From an uncultured Chloroflexia bacterium (GTDB lineage Bacteria > Chloroflexota > Limnocylindria > Limnocylindrales > CSP1-4): a stretch of DNA of 64,000 bases. Below the pieces are notes generated by a model. It was not told where the DNA came from. It was given only the letters and a program-made list of their open reading frames with translations, and did no database searches. A program made the translations under genes and the position numbers. The stretch is taken from assembly GCA_963708015.1 (NCBI GenBank), contig OY970185.1, forward strand, positions 127,139-191,138, given 5' to 3'. Shown here in pieces: positions 29,238 to 38,358 of the stretch (the first letter of the stretch is position 1; each line of letters starts with the position of its first letter).

Positions 29238-30848
29238 GTGAGACGAGGCCAGCGCCGGGCATCGGTTACCCCGACCGGACGGATCGGGCTGATGGCACTC
29301 GTCCTGCTGGTGGTCGCCGCGGCTTGCAGCTCGTCCCGCCCGTCGAGCCGACCGGCGACCTCGGCGCCGCTCCTGGCGACGGGTCCCAGCCCGGGTGCCG
29401 CCCCCGGCGCGACGAGCTCCCCCGGCATCGTCCTCGGGTTCAAGCTGCCGACCGACCGCATCGCTCCGTTCGCAGGGCCCCGGCCGACGCTGGCGATGCT
29501 CCTGCGCGACTACCAGGACGGCACCCCGCCCGTCTTTCGCGACCGGAGCGCCGGTCCGCTCGACTGGCGCCTGGCCCATCCGTCGGATGCCGTCGAGGGC
29601 TACCCCGGGACCACGAGCATCGTCGCCGGCGGCCAGCTCCAACTCCACCTGCGCTCGCTCGGCGGGCCGGTTGATTTGGCGATCTTTCGAATTGGGCGCA
29701 ACGATGCGACCTACCTCGAATCCGTGCCCGCGATCCCGGCCTTTGCCGAGCCCCTCGCTCGCCCGGACCCCGCGACCGGCCTCGTCGAGGAACATTGGCC
29801 GGTCTCGACGACCCTCGTCGTCCCGGCGAACTGGCCGAGTGGGGTCTATCTGGTCAAGCTGACGGCATACTCCGGAGCCCAGGGCTACGTGCCGTTCGTC
29901 GTCCGGCCGAGGGGCCCCCAGCCGGTCCTGGTGATCCTGCCGGTCATGACCTACCAGGCCTACAACCCATTTGGCGGGCCGGACCTCTACGGCTGGCCGG
30001 ATGGACCACGCAAGCGCGCCTACGTCGTCAGCTTCGATCGCCCATACGCGCTCGAGGACGGCGCGGGCTATCTCTTTCGGCTGGACTTTCCCTTGATCGT
30101 GTGGCTCGAGGATCACGGCTATGCCCCCGCCTACGCGACCGATGCCGATGTCGCCGCAGATCCAGGGCTCGTGACCGGCGCGAAGGCGGTGATCTTCAGC
30201 GGCCACAGCGAGTACTGGACCGCGGGCATGCATGACACGTTCGATGCCGCGGCGGCGGCCGGGGTGAGCCTCGTCAACTTCGGCGCGAACACGGGCTGGT
30301 GGCAGGCCCGGCTCGCACGAGACAGCCGGGGTGTCGCCGATCGGACAATCGTCGAGTACAAGGATGCTGCGCTCGATCCCCTCGCGGCTCGCGATCCGGA
30401 AGGGGCCACGACGCAATTCACCGAGCTGCCCCTGCCGCGCCCGGCGCGCGACCTGCTCGGCGAGGACTACGGCGGGATCGTGGCCGGCCTCCGCCCAATG
30501 GACCTCGGGCCGGATATCGCCCGCTTCGCCCCGTCGACCGGCCTCGTGCCGGGTGAGCAGCTGCCCGGCTTGATCGGCGCCGAGGTCGATCTCGTATCGA
30601 CCCAGCCGGGAGCCTTCGTCCTCGCCTCAAGCCTTGTCCACATGCGGGGCAAGGGCGACGGCCAGGCGGGCGCGGCCGCGTGGCTCGCCCCAAGCGGCGC
30701 CCACGTCTTCGACGCCGGCACGTTCGACTGGTCGTGGGGCCTCGATCCGCGCTACGCCGCCGCGCTGCCCGGCTTTCCCGCCGGCGCGTTCGAAGAGCTG
30801 ACCGCCGAGATCCTCGCCTGGGCAGGGATTCTCCCCAACCATCGCTAG
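29238..30848 (+). CDS. Lipoprotein with N,N-dimethylformamidase beta-subunit-like (DUF6605) domain
   Basis: VAAAC lipobox; W.SGVYLVKL, TYQAYN..GG..LY, VSFDRPY, GHSEYWT, FGANT.WWQ, VFDAGT..W; start may be 29292. Confidence 0.75.
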   Translation: MRRGQRRASVTPTGRIGLMALVLLVVAAACSSSRPSSRPATSAPLLATGPSPGAAPGATSSPGIVLGFKLPTDRIAPFAGPRPTLAMLLRDYQDGTPPVFRDRSAGPLDWRLAHPSDAVEGYPGTTSIVAGGQLQLHLRSLGGPVDLAIFRIGRNDATYLESVPAIPAFAEPLARPDPATGLVEEHWPVSTTLVVPANWPSGVYLVKLTAYSGAQGYVPFVVRPRGPQPVLVILPVMTYQAYNPFGGPDLYGWPDGPRKRAYVVSFDRPYALEDGAGYLFRLDFPLIVWLEDHGYAPAYATDADVAADPGLVTGAKAVIFSGHSEYWTAGMHDTFDAAAAAGVSLVNFGANTGWWQARLARDSRGVADRTIVEYKDAALDPLAARDPEGATTQFTELPLPRPARDLLGEDYGGIVAGLRPMDLGPDIARFAPSTGLVPGEQLPGLIGAEVDLVSTQPGAFVLASSLVHMRGKGDGQAGAAAWLAPSGAHVFDAGTFDWSWGLDPRYAAALPGFPAGAFEELTAEILAWAGILPNHR

Positions 30849-30924
30849 CCGAGACGTCGCCAACCACGTCGGCGGGTTCCCCGGGTTGGAGGTGGCTCGT
30901 TGCTGATCCGACCAGCCCTGGTGC

Positions 30925-31212
30925 TTATCCCTCGGGGGTTTCGACCCGGGCGGATGAGGCGTAGAGCTGGTCCGACATGAACGCGAAGGGCTGTCGACTG
31001 AAGATCGCCTCGAGCGGCAGACCGAAATACTCGGCCGCTCGAAGGGCGAGATCGAGGCTTGGGTTGTATTCGCCGCGCTCGAGGTAGCCGATCGTCTGGT
31101 AGTTGACCCCGAGGGCATCCGCGAGCTCCTGGCGCGACAGCCCCCGCTCGGCCCGGAGCACGGTCAGGCGGTTATGGAGGATCGGTTCGACGCGTTCGGC
31201 CATGCGGGCCAC
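30925..31212 (-). CDS. Small XRE-family HTH regulator
   Basis: HNRLTVLRAERGLSRQELADALGVNYQTIGYLERGEYNPSLDLA. Confidence 0.9.
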   Translation of the reverse strand: MARMAERVEPILHNRLTVLRAERGLSRQELADALGVNYQTIGYLERGEYNPSLDLALRAAEYFGLPLEAIFSRQPFAFMSDQLYASSARVETPEG

Positions 31213-31703
31213 TAGATCTCCGCCGGTGGATCGGGCTCGATCGCCGCGAGGGCTGCGGCCGGCAGGAGCGGCAACAGGACCCCGACCGAGATCGCGACTG
31301 CACTCATCAGGTTCGCATCGATCACGATCGGGCGGCCGAAGCCGAGCACCGCAACCGCCGCGATCGCGACAGCGGCGACGACGACCACCGCCAGGATTTC
31401 GTAGCTCAAGATCCAGGCCTGGTCTCGGAGCTGGCGCTCGCGTTCATCGAGCCCGGCGCCAGGCATGTCGGCGCGGTGCTGGACGAAGCGGTACAGGACG
31501 AGAGAGCCGACCAGGGTGATCCCGATCAGAAGGAAGGTCACCGGCCCCCAGACCACCGACGGCACCGATGTGCCCGCCATAAATGTCGACCAGGCAAACA
31601 TCGCCGGTAGGCCGAATAACGTCGCGGCCGCGATGATCCGCCGGCTACGTCGCGAGAGTCGGTCGAGTCGCGATCCATCGTGCATCAGCGTTCGTGGCAC
31701 CAT
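31212..31703 (-). CDS. Membrane protein partner of XRE regulator
   Basis: Four TM; LDERERQLRDQA; TAGTG overlap with HTH gene. Confidence 0.75.
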   Translation of the reverse strand: MVPRTLMHDGSRLDRLSRRSRRIIAAATLFGLPAMFAWSTFMAGTSVPSVVWGPVTFLLIGITLVGSLVLYRFVQHRADMPGAGLDERERQLRDQAWILSYEILAVVVVAAVAIAAVAVLGFGRPIVIDANLMSAVAISVGVLLPLLPAAALAAIEPDPPAEI

Positions 31704-31740
31704 TGCATCTACTCCATCTCAGGCAACAGATCTGGTGCAC

Positions 31741-31769
31741 ACGATAGTACAGATACAACAATCTGTCAA
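31741..31769 (-). promoter_or_regulatory. Sigma70-type promoter with palindromic operator in the spacer
   Basis: TTGACA-N17-TATCGT; CAGAT...ATCTG inverted repeat across spacer. Confidence 0.7.
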
Positions 31770-31881
31770 GTATTCAGCGAACGGTTCCCCAGGCGCGAGC
31801 GGCGGCCCACGCCATGGGCGATCGGGATTGGATAGGTCCGGCCCGCCGTCCCATGCGGACGGCCCTCGATGGCCGTTCCCG

Positions 31882-32940
31882 TCAGGTGGTCATCCGAATC
31901 CGCTGGCAGGCGTTGGCGAGGCACGGCAGACCGAGCAGGTCCTCGGTGGTCCGCAGAAGGCTCCAGTGATCGGCGTAGGCCTGGTCGCGCAGTCCTCCCT
32001 TGGCATCGGAGGCGATGACCAGGGTCGCGACGTGGCCGCCCGAGTCGCCGGACGAGCCGGCGCTCGAGCTTCCCTCGTCGAAGGTGATGAACAGGACGCC
32101 CCCGGCCCGGAATTCGGGACTGGCGATGATCCCCGGCACGAACGCCCGCAGGAACGCATCGCCCTGGGCGACCGAGCCGTCGTGCATGTCGTTCGTGAGG
32201 TTGGGCACGATCATCTCAAATACGCCGGCGGCTGGGTCGAAGTCACGCAAGGGTTGGATGTTCCGACACTGGGCGGGACTGCCGGAGACGCTGGTGAAGC
32301 TGATGGCGGGGTTATGCTTGCGGGCGTACGTCCCCGGCGCCCCCGGCCCGTCGGAACCGCCTCCGGCCGCCGTTCCCTTGAAACAGTTCGCCGCATCATC
32401 CTGGGCGTAGACCCGCCAGGACCGTCCGGCCGCCTGGAGCTGGCTGAAGAGGCTCGGCCCGGCCAGGTCGTAGACCCCGTCGGAGGTCACGCCGCGGGTC
32501 GAACCGGCCACAAGGCCGACGTAATTCGGCTCCGACGGATGGCCGATCGCGTAGTAGTTCGTGGCGAGGCCGTACTCGGTGGCGAGGGCATTGATGTACG
32601 GCGCCTGGCCATTCCCGATGATCTGGCCGTACTCATGGTTTTCGAGCACGACCCACCAGACTGGTCGGACGGCGATCGAACCGGCCGAGGGCAGCGCCGT
32701 TGGCGACGCCGACGCGACTGCGGCGCCTGGTGAGGCCGGGGACGCCGGCGCGCCCGACGGCGCAGGTCCGAGCGAACCCCCGGAGCCCAGACCCCCGGAG
32801 CTCGAGAGCGCGCCAGCGGAAGCCGACGGTGCCCCCGATGACGGACCGCAGGCCGAAATCGCGATCAGGCTGCCGAGAAGGGCGACGGCCGCGACGACCG
32901 CGAAGCCGGGGCGCCCGCGATCGGCATGAAAGCTCAGCAC
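31882..32940 (-). CDS. Phosphoesterase-family (acid phosphatase-like) lipoprotein
   Basis: ISAC lipobox; VVLENHEY, HPSEPNY, YARKHNP, PNLTNDMHDG, ITFDEG, HWSLLRT. Confidence 0.85.
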   Translation of the reverse strand: MLSFHADRGRPGFAVVAAVALLGSLIAISACGPSSGAPSASAGALSSSGGLGSGGSLGPAPSGAPASPASPGAAVASASPTALPSAGSIAVRPVWWVVLENHEYGQIIGNGQAPYINALATEYGLATNYYAIGHPSEPNYVGLVAGSTRGVTSDGVYDLAGPSLFSQLQAAGRSWRVYAQDDAANCFKGTAAGGGSDGPGAPGTYARKHNPAISFTSVSGSPAQCRNIQPLRDFDPAAGVFEMIVPNLTNDMHDGSVAQGDAFLRAFVPGIIASPEFRAGGVLFITFDEGSSSAGSSGDSGGHVATLVIASDAKGGLRDQAYADHWSLLRTTEDLLGLPCLANACQRIRMTT

Positions 32941-33006
32941 CGACCCATTATCTCGACCGAACCTCGGCGCGCTGTTTCGCGCCTGCCTCGGCTGCGGCGC
33001 AGACCA

Positions 33007-33375
33007 TCATAGGCGCGAGGCGATTCGTCCCTGGTCTCTCTGCGACGGGATCGGCCTGCCGGCCCCGCCCAATGGGAGCCTCACTCGATCAAGGGCTCGA
33101 AGCCACGTCACCAATGAGTCGTCAAGGTCCCGGTGCGACTCGGACGTCGGGCTCCACGCTTTCATCGGTCGCTGAAACGAGCCGGTCTCCACGAGGAACT
33201 GGGACACCGACCGCGGGGTCCGGGCCACAACGACCCACGCACAGCGGCGCTGCCATGCCCGGATCTCATCAACGAGAGCCGTGATCGCGTCGATCGATGC
33301 GCCCACCTCGGCGAGCCGTCGCCGGAGCTCCTCGCCCGATGCCAGTAACTCTTCGAATCCTGGTGTCCGCACCAT
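33007..33375 (-). CDS. Possible hypothetical protein
   Basis: MVRTPGFEELLASGEELRRRL..., helical character; no recognisable motif. Confidence 0.3.
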   Translation of the reverse strand: MVRTPGFEELLASGEELRRRLAEVGASIDAITALVDEIRAWQRRCAWVVVARTPRSVSQFLVETGSFQRPMKAWSPTSESHRDLDDSLVTWLRALDRVRLPLGGAGRPIPSQRDQGRIASRL

Positions 33376-33526
33376 CCCAAACAGCCTCTCCGCGCATCCG
33401 CGACCGGTCCAGCTGGACCTGACCCAAGATTCGTTGTCGACCCTGAGAAGAGCGTGAGAGCGGCGGCGCCATGACGGGAAGTACAGCCAGCTGAAGACCC
33501 AACACGCACCGTCGAGCCGTCGGCGA

Positions 33527-34642
33527 TCAACCGCGCAGGCTGATCGCTCCCGTTCGAGTGTCGATCGAGATCGGCAGCGCAACCAGGGGCTGATCGGTCG
33601 GACCGCCGACGACTGCCGCTGCGTGGGCCGGGTCGAACGTTGCGCCATGACACGGGCAAACGAGGTAGTGCGATCCAGGGTCGTACTCGACCGTGCAGCC
33701 GGCATGGGTACACACCGCGTCGAACGCGACCACCTTCCCCGAGGCGAGGCGGACGAGGACGCTGGGGTCGCCCGAGCGCGGATCCTGAAACGGGATCGAG
33801 CCGCCGTTACCAGTGAGGGCGGCGAGCGTCCCGACGACCGGGCCGACCGGCCCGCCAGGTGATCCGGATGGGCCGGCGTCGGGCGAGGGCGATGGGGCGA
33901 TGTCGGTGTTCGTGGGGCCCAACTGCCCGAACACGACCGATCCGATCGTCCCGCCAAGCGCTGCGATGACCACAGCCCCGATCGCCAGGACGCCCCCCTG
34001 GAGGAACCGTCGTCGCTCGACCGAGTACGGGTCGTCGTCCTCGAGATCGAGCTGGCGGGCAAGCCACGGATCGAGCAGGAAGCGCCCGCCATCGCCCGCA
34101 ATGGCCAGGACGATCCAGCCGGCTGCATACGGCAGATCGGGGCCGAGGTAGTAGGGCCTGATCGCCCAGGAAGCGGTCAGCCAGAACGTGATCGATAGGA
34201 GCGCCCCGCCAACCGCAGCCAGGCGAAACAGCAACCCGGTGAGCGCACCGAGCCCGATCGCGATCTCGAGGAGCGAGATGACCAGTCCGGTGAGGATCGG
34301 GAACGGCCGGGCGAAGATCTCGACGAGAATCCCGATCGGCGACGCCTTGATGAATCCGTCGAGCTGGGCTCCGATCGAGCCGGCTCCACTCATCTGCAGG
34401 AACGCCGGGTCGATCAGCTTGTCGAGCCCGGCGTAGATGAACGTGACCCCGAGGAAGAGCCGGAGCAAGACGAGGGCCAGGGTTACCCCTTCGAGCGGCG
34501 GCGGTTGAGTCGGTTTCGCCGTGCGGCGGGATGTCCGGGTTTCCCCGGCCGCCCCGGGGCGGTCCAACGGAATCTGACCGCCGGAGCGGGGGTCGCGACT
34601 CCAAGGATCGTGGCGCGGGCGAGGACGCTGACGTCGGGACAT
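33527..34642 (-). CDS. DoxX/DoxD membrane domain fused to Rieske [2Fe-2S] domain
   Basis: LRLFLGVTFIYAGLDKL, EIAIGLGAL.G, PYYLGPD; internal ERRRFL; CTHAGC...CPCHG. Confidence 0.85.
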   Translation of the reverse strand: MSRRQRPRPRHDPWSRDPRSGGQIPLDRPGAAGETRTSRRTAKPTQPPPLEGVTLALVLLRLFLGVTFIYAGLDKLIDPAFLQMSGAGSIGAQLDGFIKASPIGILVEIFARPFPILTGLVISLLEIAIGLGALTGLLFRLAAVGGALLSITFWLTASWAIRPYYLGPDLPYAAGWIVLAIAGDGGRFLLDPWLARQLDLEDDDPYSVERRRFLQGGVLAIGAVVIAALGGTIGSVVFGQLGPTNTDIAPSPSPDAGPSGSPGGPVGPVVGTLAALTGNGGSIPFQDPRSGDPSVLVRLASGKVVAFDAVCTHAGCTVEYDPGSHYLVCPCHGATFDPAHAAAVVGGPTDQPLVALPISIDTRTGAISLRG

Positions 34643-34861
34643 CAGATGACGGTCCGGCTGCGCCGGCGCGCGCGATGACTCATCCGTCGGCCGTATCCCG
34701 CCGGAGCGAAGCCGGTTCGACTGCCGTGCGCTGGCTGCGATTGCGGAGCGCCTTCATGAGCGCCGCATCCACGTCCGCTCGACCTAGTTGGATCGTGGGG
34801 AGGGCGGTTGCATCAGTCGGTCAAGGCGTTTGAGCTCATCGTCCAACGATCAACGTTCTCG

Positions 34862-34878
34862 ATGAGACCAACATGAGA
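34862..34878 (-). promoter_or_regulatory. OmpR/PhoB-type direct repeat TCTCAT-N5-TCTCAT
   Basis: + strand ATGAGA ccaac ATGAGA, upstream of DoxX-Rieske (and of divergent mltG). Confidence 0.45.
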
Positions 34879-35153
34879 GGCCGGATTTGGAATGATCGAG
34901 TCCCCGGCTCCCACCCCTCACCGCGGTCAGCGGGGCCGCGGCGGGGCGCGAGATGGGCTCCGCACGATGGTCTGGTAGGCTCGCCGCGTGGACACGGCCG
35001 CGGGATCCGGCCAGCCTGGCCCAACGGGCCGCTGGAACGTTGTCGAGCTTCGGGCCTGGGTTGTCCGATGATCCGGATGAGAGATCACTCGGCCCCTGGG
35101 TGTGCAAGCCTGCCGGCTGCTGAGGCGAATGCAGACGCATCCGCGCGGTCACG

Positions 35154-36533
35154 GTGGTGAGGATCAGGCGCCGCGGATCCACGAGGGAGCGGGAGCCCGG
35201 GCCGGCTCGCGTCCAGGCTCAGCCGATCGACGACGTGCCGACCGAGGATGAGCGCGATGCTCCGCGGGCGGACAAGCTTGGCGCGGATCAATCTCGGTCG
35301 GTCACTGGTCGACGCGGCTCGCGCGACTCGAGCGGGGCGGGCGGACTGATCCGGCTCTGCTTGTTCATCTTCGTCCTCGCCGGAGTCGTCCTGGTTGCCT
35401 CGCTGACGGTCCTGCGCCCGGTGATCAACCGCGCAGTCGTGAGCTACGCCTGGAAGAACTTGAGCGCCCTGAAGCTGCCGTTCGTGGCCGATCTCGTCCG
35501 TGATGACCTCGGCCTGGCCCTCACGAACCCTCCGAGCTCAAGCCCGACCGAGGTCCCCTTCGATGTCGTTACGGGGGACACAACGGCGACGATCGCCGCC
35601 CACCTGCAGCAGGCGAGCCTGCTGCTCGATGCCCGTTCGGTCTTGTTCATCACCACCGAGCAGAACATCACAACGAGCCCCCCGGCGGGGACGTACATCC
35701 TGCGCACGAACATGACGCCGCAGCAGATCGTGGCGGCCCTCTTCATCTCGCACCGGCTGGCGATCTCGATTGCCCTGCGCCCGGGACTCCGGCTCGAGCA
35801 GGTCACCGCCGAACTCGAGACGATCAGCGGGCTATCAATGGACGTGCGGGCGTTCTACCAAGAGGTGATCCATCCGCCAGCGAGCCTGCTCGATGCGTAC
35901 CCGTGGTTGAGCCTGCCGAAGGGCGCCTCACTCGAGGGGTTCCTCGGAGCCGGGACCTATCTGGTCCCGCCCGGGATTACCGCAGACGAGTTCGTCCGGC
36001 GGCTCGTCGATTCGTGGTACCAGCAGGCAGGCCCCGCCTTGCTGAACGTCCCTGCGTCCCGCGGGCTGACCTTCTACCAGGTTGTCACCCTGGCTTCGGT
36101 GGTCGAACTCGAAACCAGCAATGACGCGGACCGGGCACGGATCGCGGGGGTGTACCAGAACCGGCTGAATCCAGGGCTCTTCCCGCTCGGCGAACTCCAG
36201 TCGGATCCCACGGTCTTCTACGTCCACGACTCGCTGGAACTTGCGGCCCTTCCGTTCGACCAATGGCAGAACTACTTCTTCTGGGCCCCGCTCGCGCCGG
36301 GCACTGCCCTGCCGGCCCATCTGCCCAGGGACCTCGCCGGCTACAACACGTACACGAGCAAGGGTCTGATGCCCGGCCCGATTTGCACACCCTCGCCGGC
36401 GTCAATCCAAGCCGCGCTCAATCCAGACACGAAGGAGCACTACCTCTTCTTCCTCGCGACCAAGGGCGGGACAACCGTATTCGCGAAGACCTACGCCGAG
36501 CACCTGCTCAACATCAAGAAGAACGGCCCTTGA
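35154..36533 (+). CDS. mltG: Endolytic transglycosylase MltG (YceG family)
   Basis: N-terminal TM; SLEGFL, LASVVELE, IAGVYQNRL, LQSDPTV, YNTY..KGLMPGPIC.P, FAKTYAEH. Confidence 0.85.
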   Translation: MVRIRRRGSTREREPGPARVQAQPIDDVPTEDERDAPRADKLGADQSRSVTGRRGSRDSSGAGGLIRLCLFIFVLAGVVLVASLTVLRPVINRAVVSYAWKNLSALKLPFVADLVRDDLGLALTNPPSSSPTEVPFDVVTGDTTATIAAHLQQASLLLDARSVLFITTEQNITTSPPAGTYILRTNMTPQQIVAALFISHRLAISIALRPGLRLEQVTAELETISGLSMDVRAFYQEVIHPPASLLDAYPWLSLPKGASLEGFLGAGTYLVPPGITADEFVRRLVDSWYQQAGPALLNVPASRGLTFYQVVTLASVVELETSNDADRARIAGVYQNRLNPGLFPLGELQSDPTVFYVHDSLELAALPFDQWQNYFFWAPLAPGTALPAHLPRDLAGYNTYTSKGLMPGPICTPSPASIQAALNPDTKEHYLFFLATKGGTTVFAKTYAEHLLNIKKNGP

Positions 36534-36605
36534 CCAAGGGTCCAGGGCCAAAGGTGCCTCGGCGCTGACCCCCGACCTTTCCGGACCCGGCTGCGGGAGC
36601 TCATT

Positions 36606-36627
36606 GGCAGTCGGTCGGCTGCCTTTT
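36606..36627 (+). terminator. Putative intrinsic terminator after mltG
   Basis: GGCAGTC-ggtc-GGCTGCC hairpin (one G-U pair) followed by TTTT. Confidence 0.5.
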
Positions 36628-36641
36628 GGTCCGCCGAGGAT

Positions 36642-36658
36642 TCTCAGAAGCCTCTCAG
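36642..36658 (+). promoter_or_regulatory. OmpR/PhoB-type direct repeat TCTCAG-N5-TCTCAG (MprA-box-like)
   Basis: TCTCAG aagcc TCTCAG upstream of the mini-ORF/murT operon. Confidence 0.55.
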
Positions 36659-36812
36659 GACCTCAAGTACAAGATCAGGCGCCGGAGAGTCGCGAGGCAC
36701 GACGTCCAGCCGGCCGATCCAGATCGTGATCGGCTGACGATCAGCACCTGAGGGCTCCGAGGGAGGGCCATAATCTGGTGGCGATCGCCTCCGATGCCGA
36801 TGACCGGGGCTC

Positions 36813-37004
36813 GTGGAGGACCGTCCGTTTCGCTCGATCAGCCGGCGTGACTTGTTGCGGGTCGCCGCTGGATCTGCAGCTCTCCTGGCGGCGGGCGGCG
36901 GTCCACGTCTTCTCGCGGCTGGCTCGGGGTCGGACATCGGGGTATCCGACCCGGCTGTCGCCGCCCGACGGGCCTACCACCCGCGGCTTCGTGGCGAGCG
37001 CTAG
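36813..37004 (+). CDS. 63-aa ORF with twin-arginine (Tat) signal-like N-terminus
   Basis: SISRRDLLRVAAGSAALLAAGGG; stop 4 nt before murT GTG. Confidence 0.45.
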   Translation: MEDRPFRSISRRDLLRVAAGSAALLAAGGGPRLLAAGSGSDIGVSDPAVAARRAYHPRLRGER

Positions 37005-37008
37005 GCCG

Positions 37009-38358
37009 GTGAGCCGGCCGCTGCCCCTCCGCTCCCGAGGCGCCCTCGCCGTAGGCCGCGCCACGAACCGGCTGTCGGCCCGCCTCGGACGCGGCCGGGG
37101 AACGGTCATCGGCGGTGCTGTCGCGACGCGGATCGACCCTTCCGTGCTGCGGCGCCTCGGCGCCGGCCGGTCGACGGTTCTCCTCTCGGCCACTAACGGC
37201 AAGGGCACCACGGCGGCGCTCCTGACATCGGCGGTCCGAGCCACCCTCGGGCCTGTGGCCCACAACGATGGCGGATCGAACATGGAGGCTGGCATCGTCG
37301 TCGCCCTCGACGCCGATCGCGATGCCCCATATGCGATCCTCGAAGTGGACGAACTCTACCTGGGACCCCTGTCCCGGACCCTTCGACCTCGCGTCATCAC
37401 GCTCATGAACATCGCGCGGGACTACCTGGAGCGCGGGGTCCGGTACAAGCGCCTGGTCCGGCACTGGCGCGAGACGGTCGCGCGGATCGACTGGCCCTGC
37501 ACGATCATTGCCAATGCGGATGATCCCCTGGTCGTCTGGGCGCTCCGCGGGCCACGCGGGCCACGACCGCCGAAGCTGGTCTGGGTGGCGGGCGGCCACC
37601 GCTGGGCTGGTGACGGGTTGGTGTGCCGAGACGATGTCGTGGCACTCCGGACCGACCCGAGTTCCGACCCGCCCGGAGACTGGTGGTGCGACCGCTGCGG
37701 CCAGCGCCGCCCGGCGCCGGAATGGCTGCTCGTGGACGGGGTGGTTTACGGACTCACACCAGCCGCCGGTTCGGCGGACACGCCCGTCGAGGCCCGCCTC
37801 GACATCGGGATGCCCGGCGACGTCAACGGGGTCAACGGGCTCTTCGCGCTCGTGACCGCGGTGACGCTCGGGGCGCCACTGGAGCCCTCCGCCGCGGCCT
37901 TCCGCCTCGTTGCCGAGGTCGACGGACGGTACGGGCGGCGGACTATCGACGGCCGCTCGATCCGGCTGCTGCTGTCCAAGAACCCGGCGAGCTGGCAGGA
38001 GACGATCGCTCTCGCCGCCAGCTCGGACGAGCCCCTGGTCTTCGATATCACCGCCCGCGGGGACCGCAACGCCCGCGACACGAGCTTCGTCTGGGAAGCG
38101 CCGATCGAGCGCCTTGCCGGCCGACAGGTGATTGCCACGGGCGTGCGAGCCCACGACATCGCCCTCCGACTCGAGGTAGCAGGCCTCCAAGTGCGCGTGA
38201 TCCCGGGCCCGCTCGAGGCGATCCGGGCTTGCCCGCCGGGACCGGTGACGGTCGCCGCGAACTACCCGGCATTCCTCGAGCTGCGTGACGGCCTGGCAAC
38301 GCGCGGCGCGTCGACGGGTGGCGTCGCGCCACCCGGCATGGCGGCGGCAGGTCCATGA
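37009..38358 (+). CDS. murT: MurT-like Mur ligase (DUF1727 C-terminus), divergent
   Basis: GRGRGTVIGG, SATNGKGTT, LEVDE, ANADDPLV, LLSKNPAS, RDTSFVWE, ANYPAF. Confidence 0.85.
   Translation: MSRPLPLRSRGALAVGRATNRLSARLGRGRGTVIGGAVATRIDPSVLRRLGAGRSTVLLSATNGKGTTAALLTSAVRATLGPVAHNDGGSNMEAGIVVALDADRDAPYAILEVDELYLGPLSRTLRPRVITLMNIARDYLERGVRYKRLVRHWRETVARIDWPCTIIANADDPLVVWALRGPRGPRPPKLVWVAGGHRWAGDGLVCRDDVVALRTDPSSDPPGDWWCDRCGQRRPAPEWLLVDGVVYGLTPAAGSADTPVEARLDIGMPGDVNGVNGLFALVTAVTLGAPLEPSAAAFRLVAEVDGRYGRRTIDGRSIRLLLSKNPASWQETIALAASSDEPLVFDITARGDRNARDTSFVWEAPIERLAGRQVIATGVRAHDIALRLEVAGLQVRVIPGPLEAIRACPPGPVTVAANYPAFLELRDGLATRGASTGGVAPPGMAAAGP

Noticed and set aside
13195-34758. CGCCTTCATG occurring four times (13195, 17249, 21303, 34749) as a dispersed repeat family
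   Set aside because: Only the 13195/21303 pair extends into longer homology; the other two are 10-13-nt matches plausible by chance.
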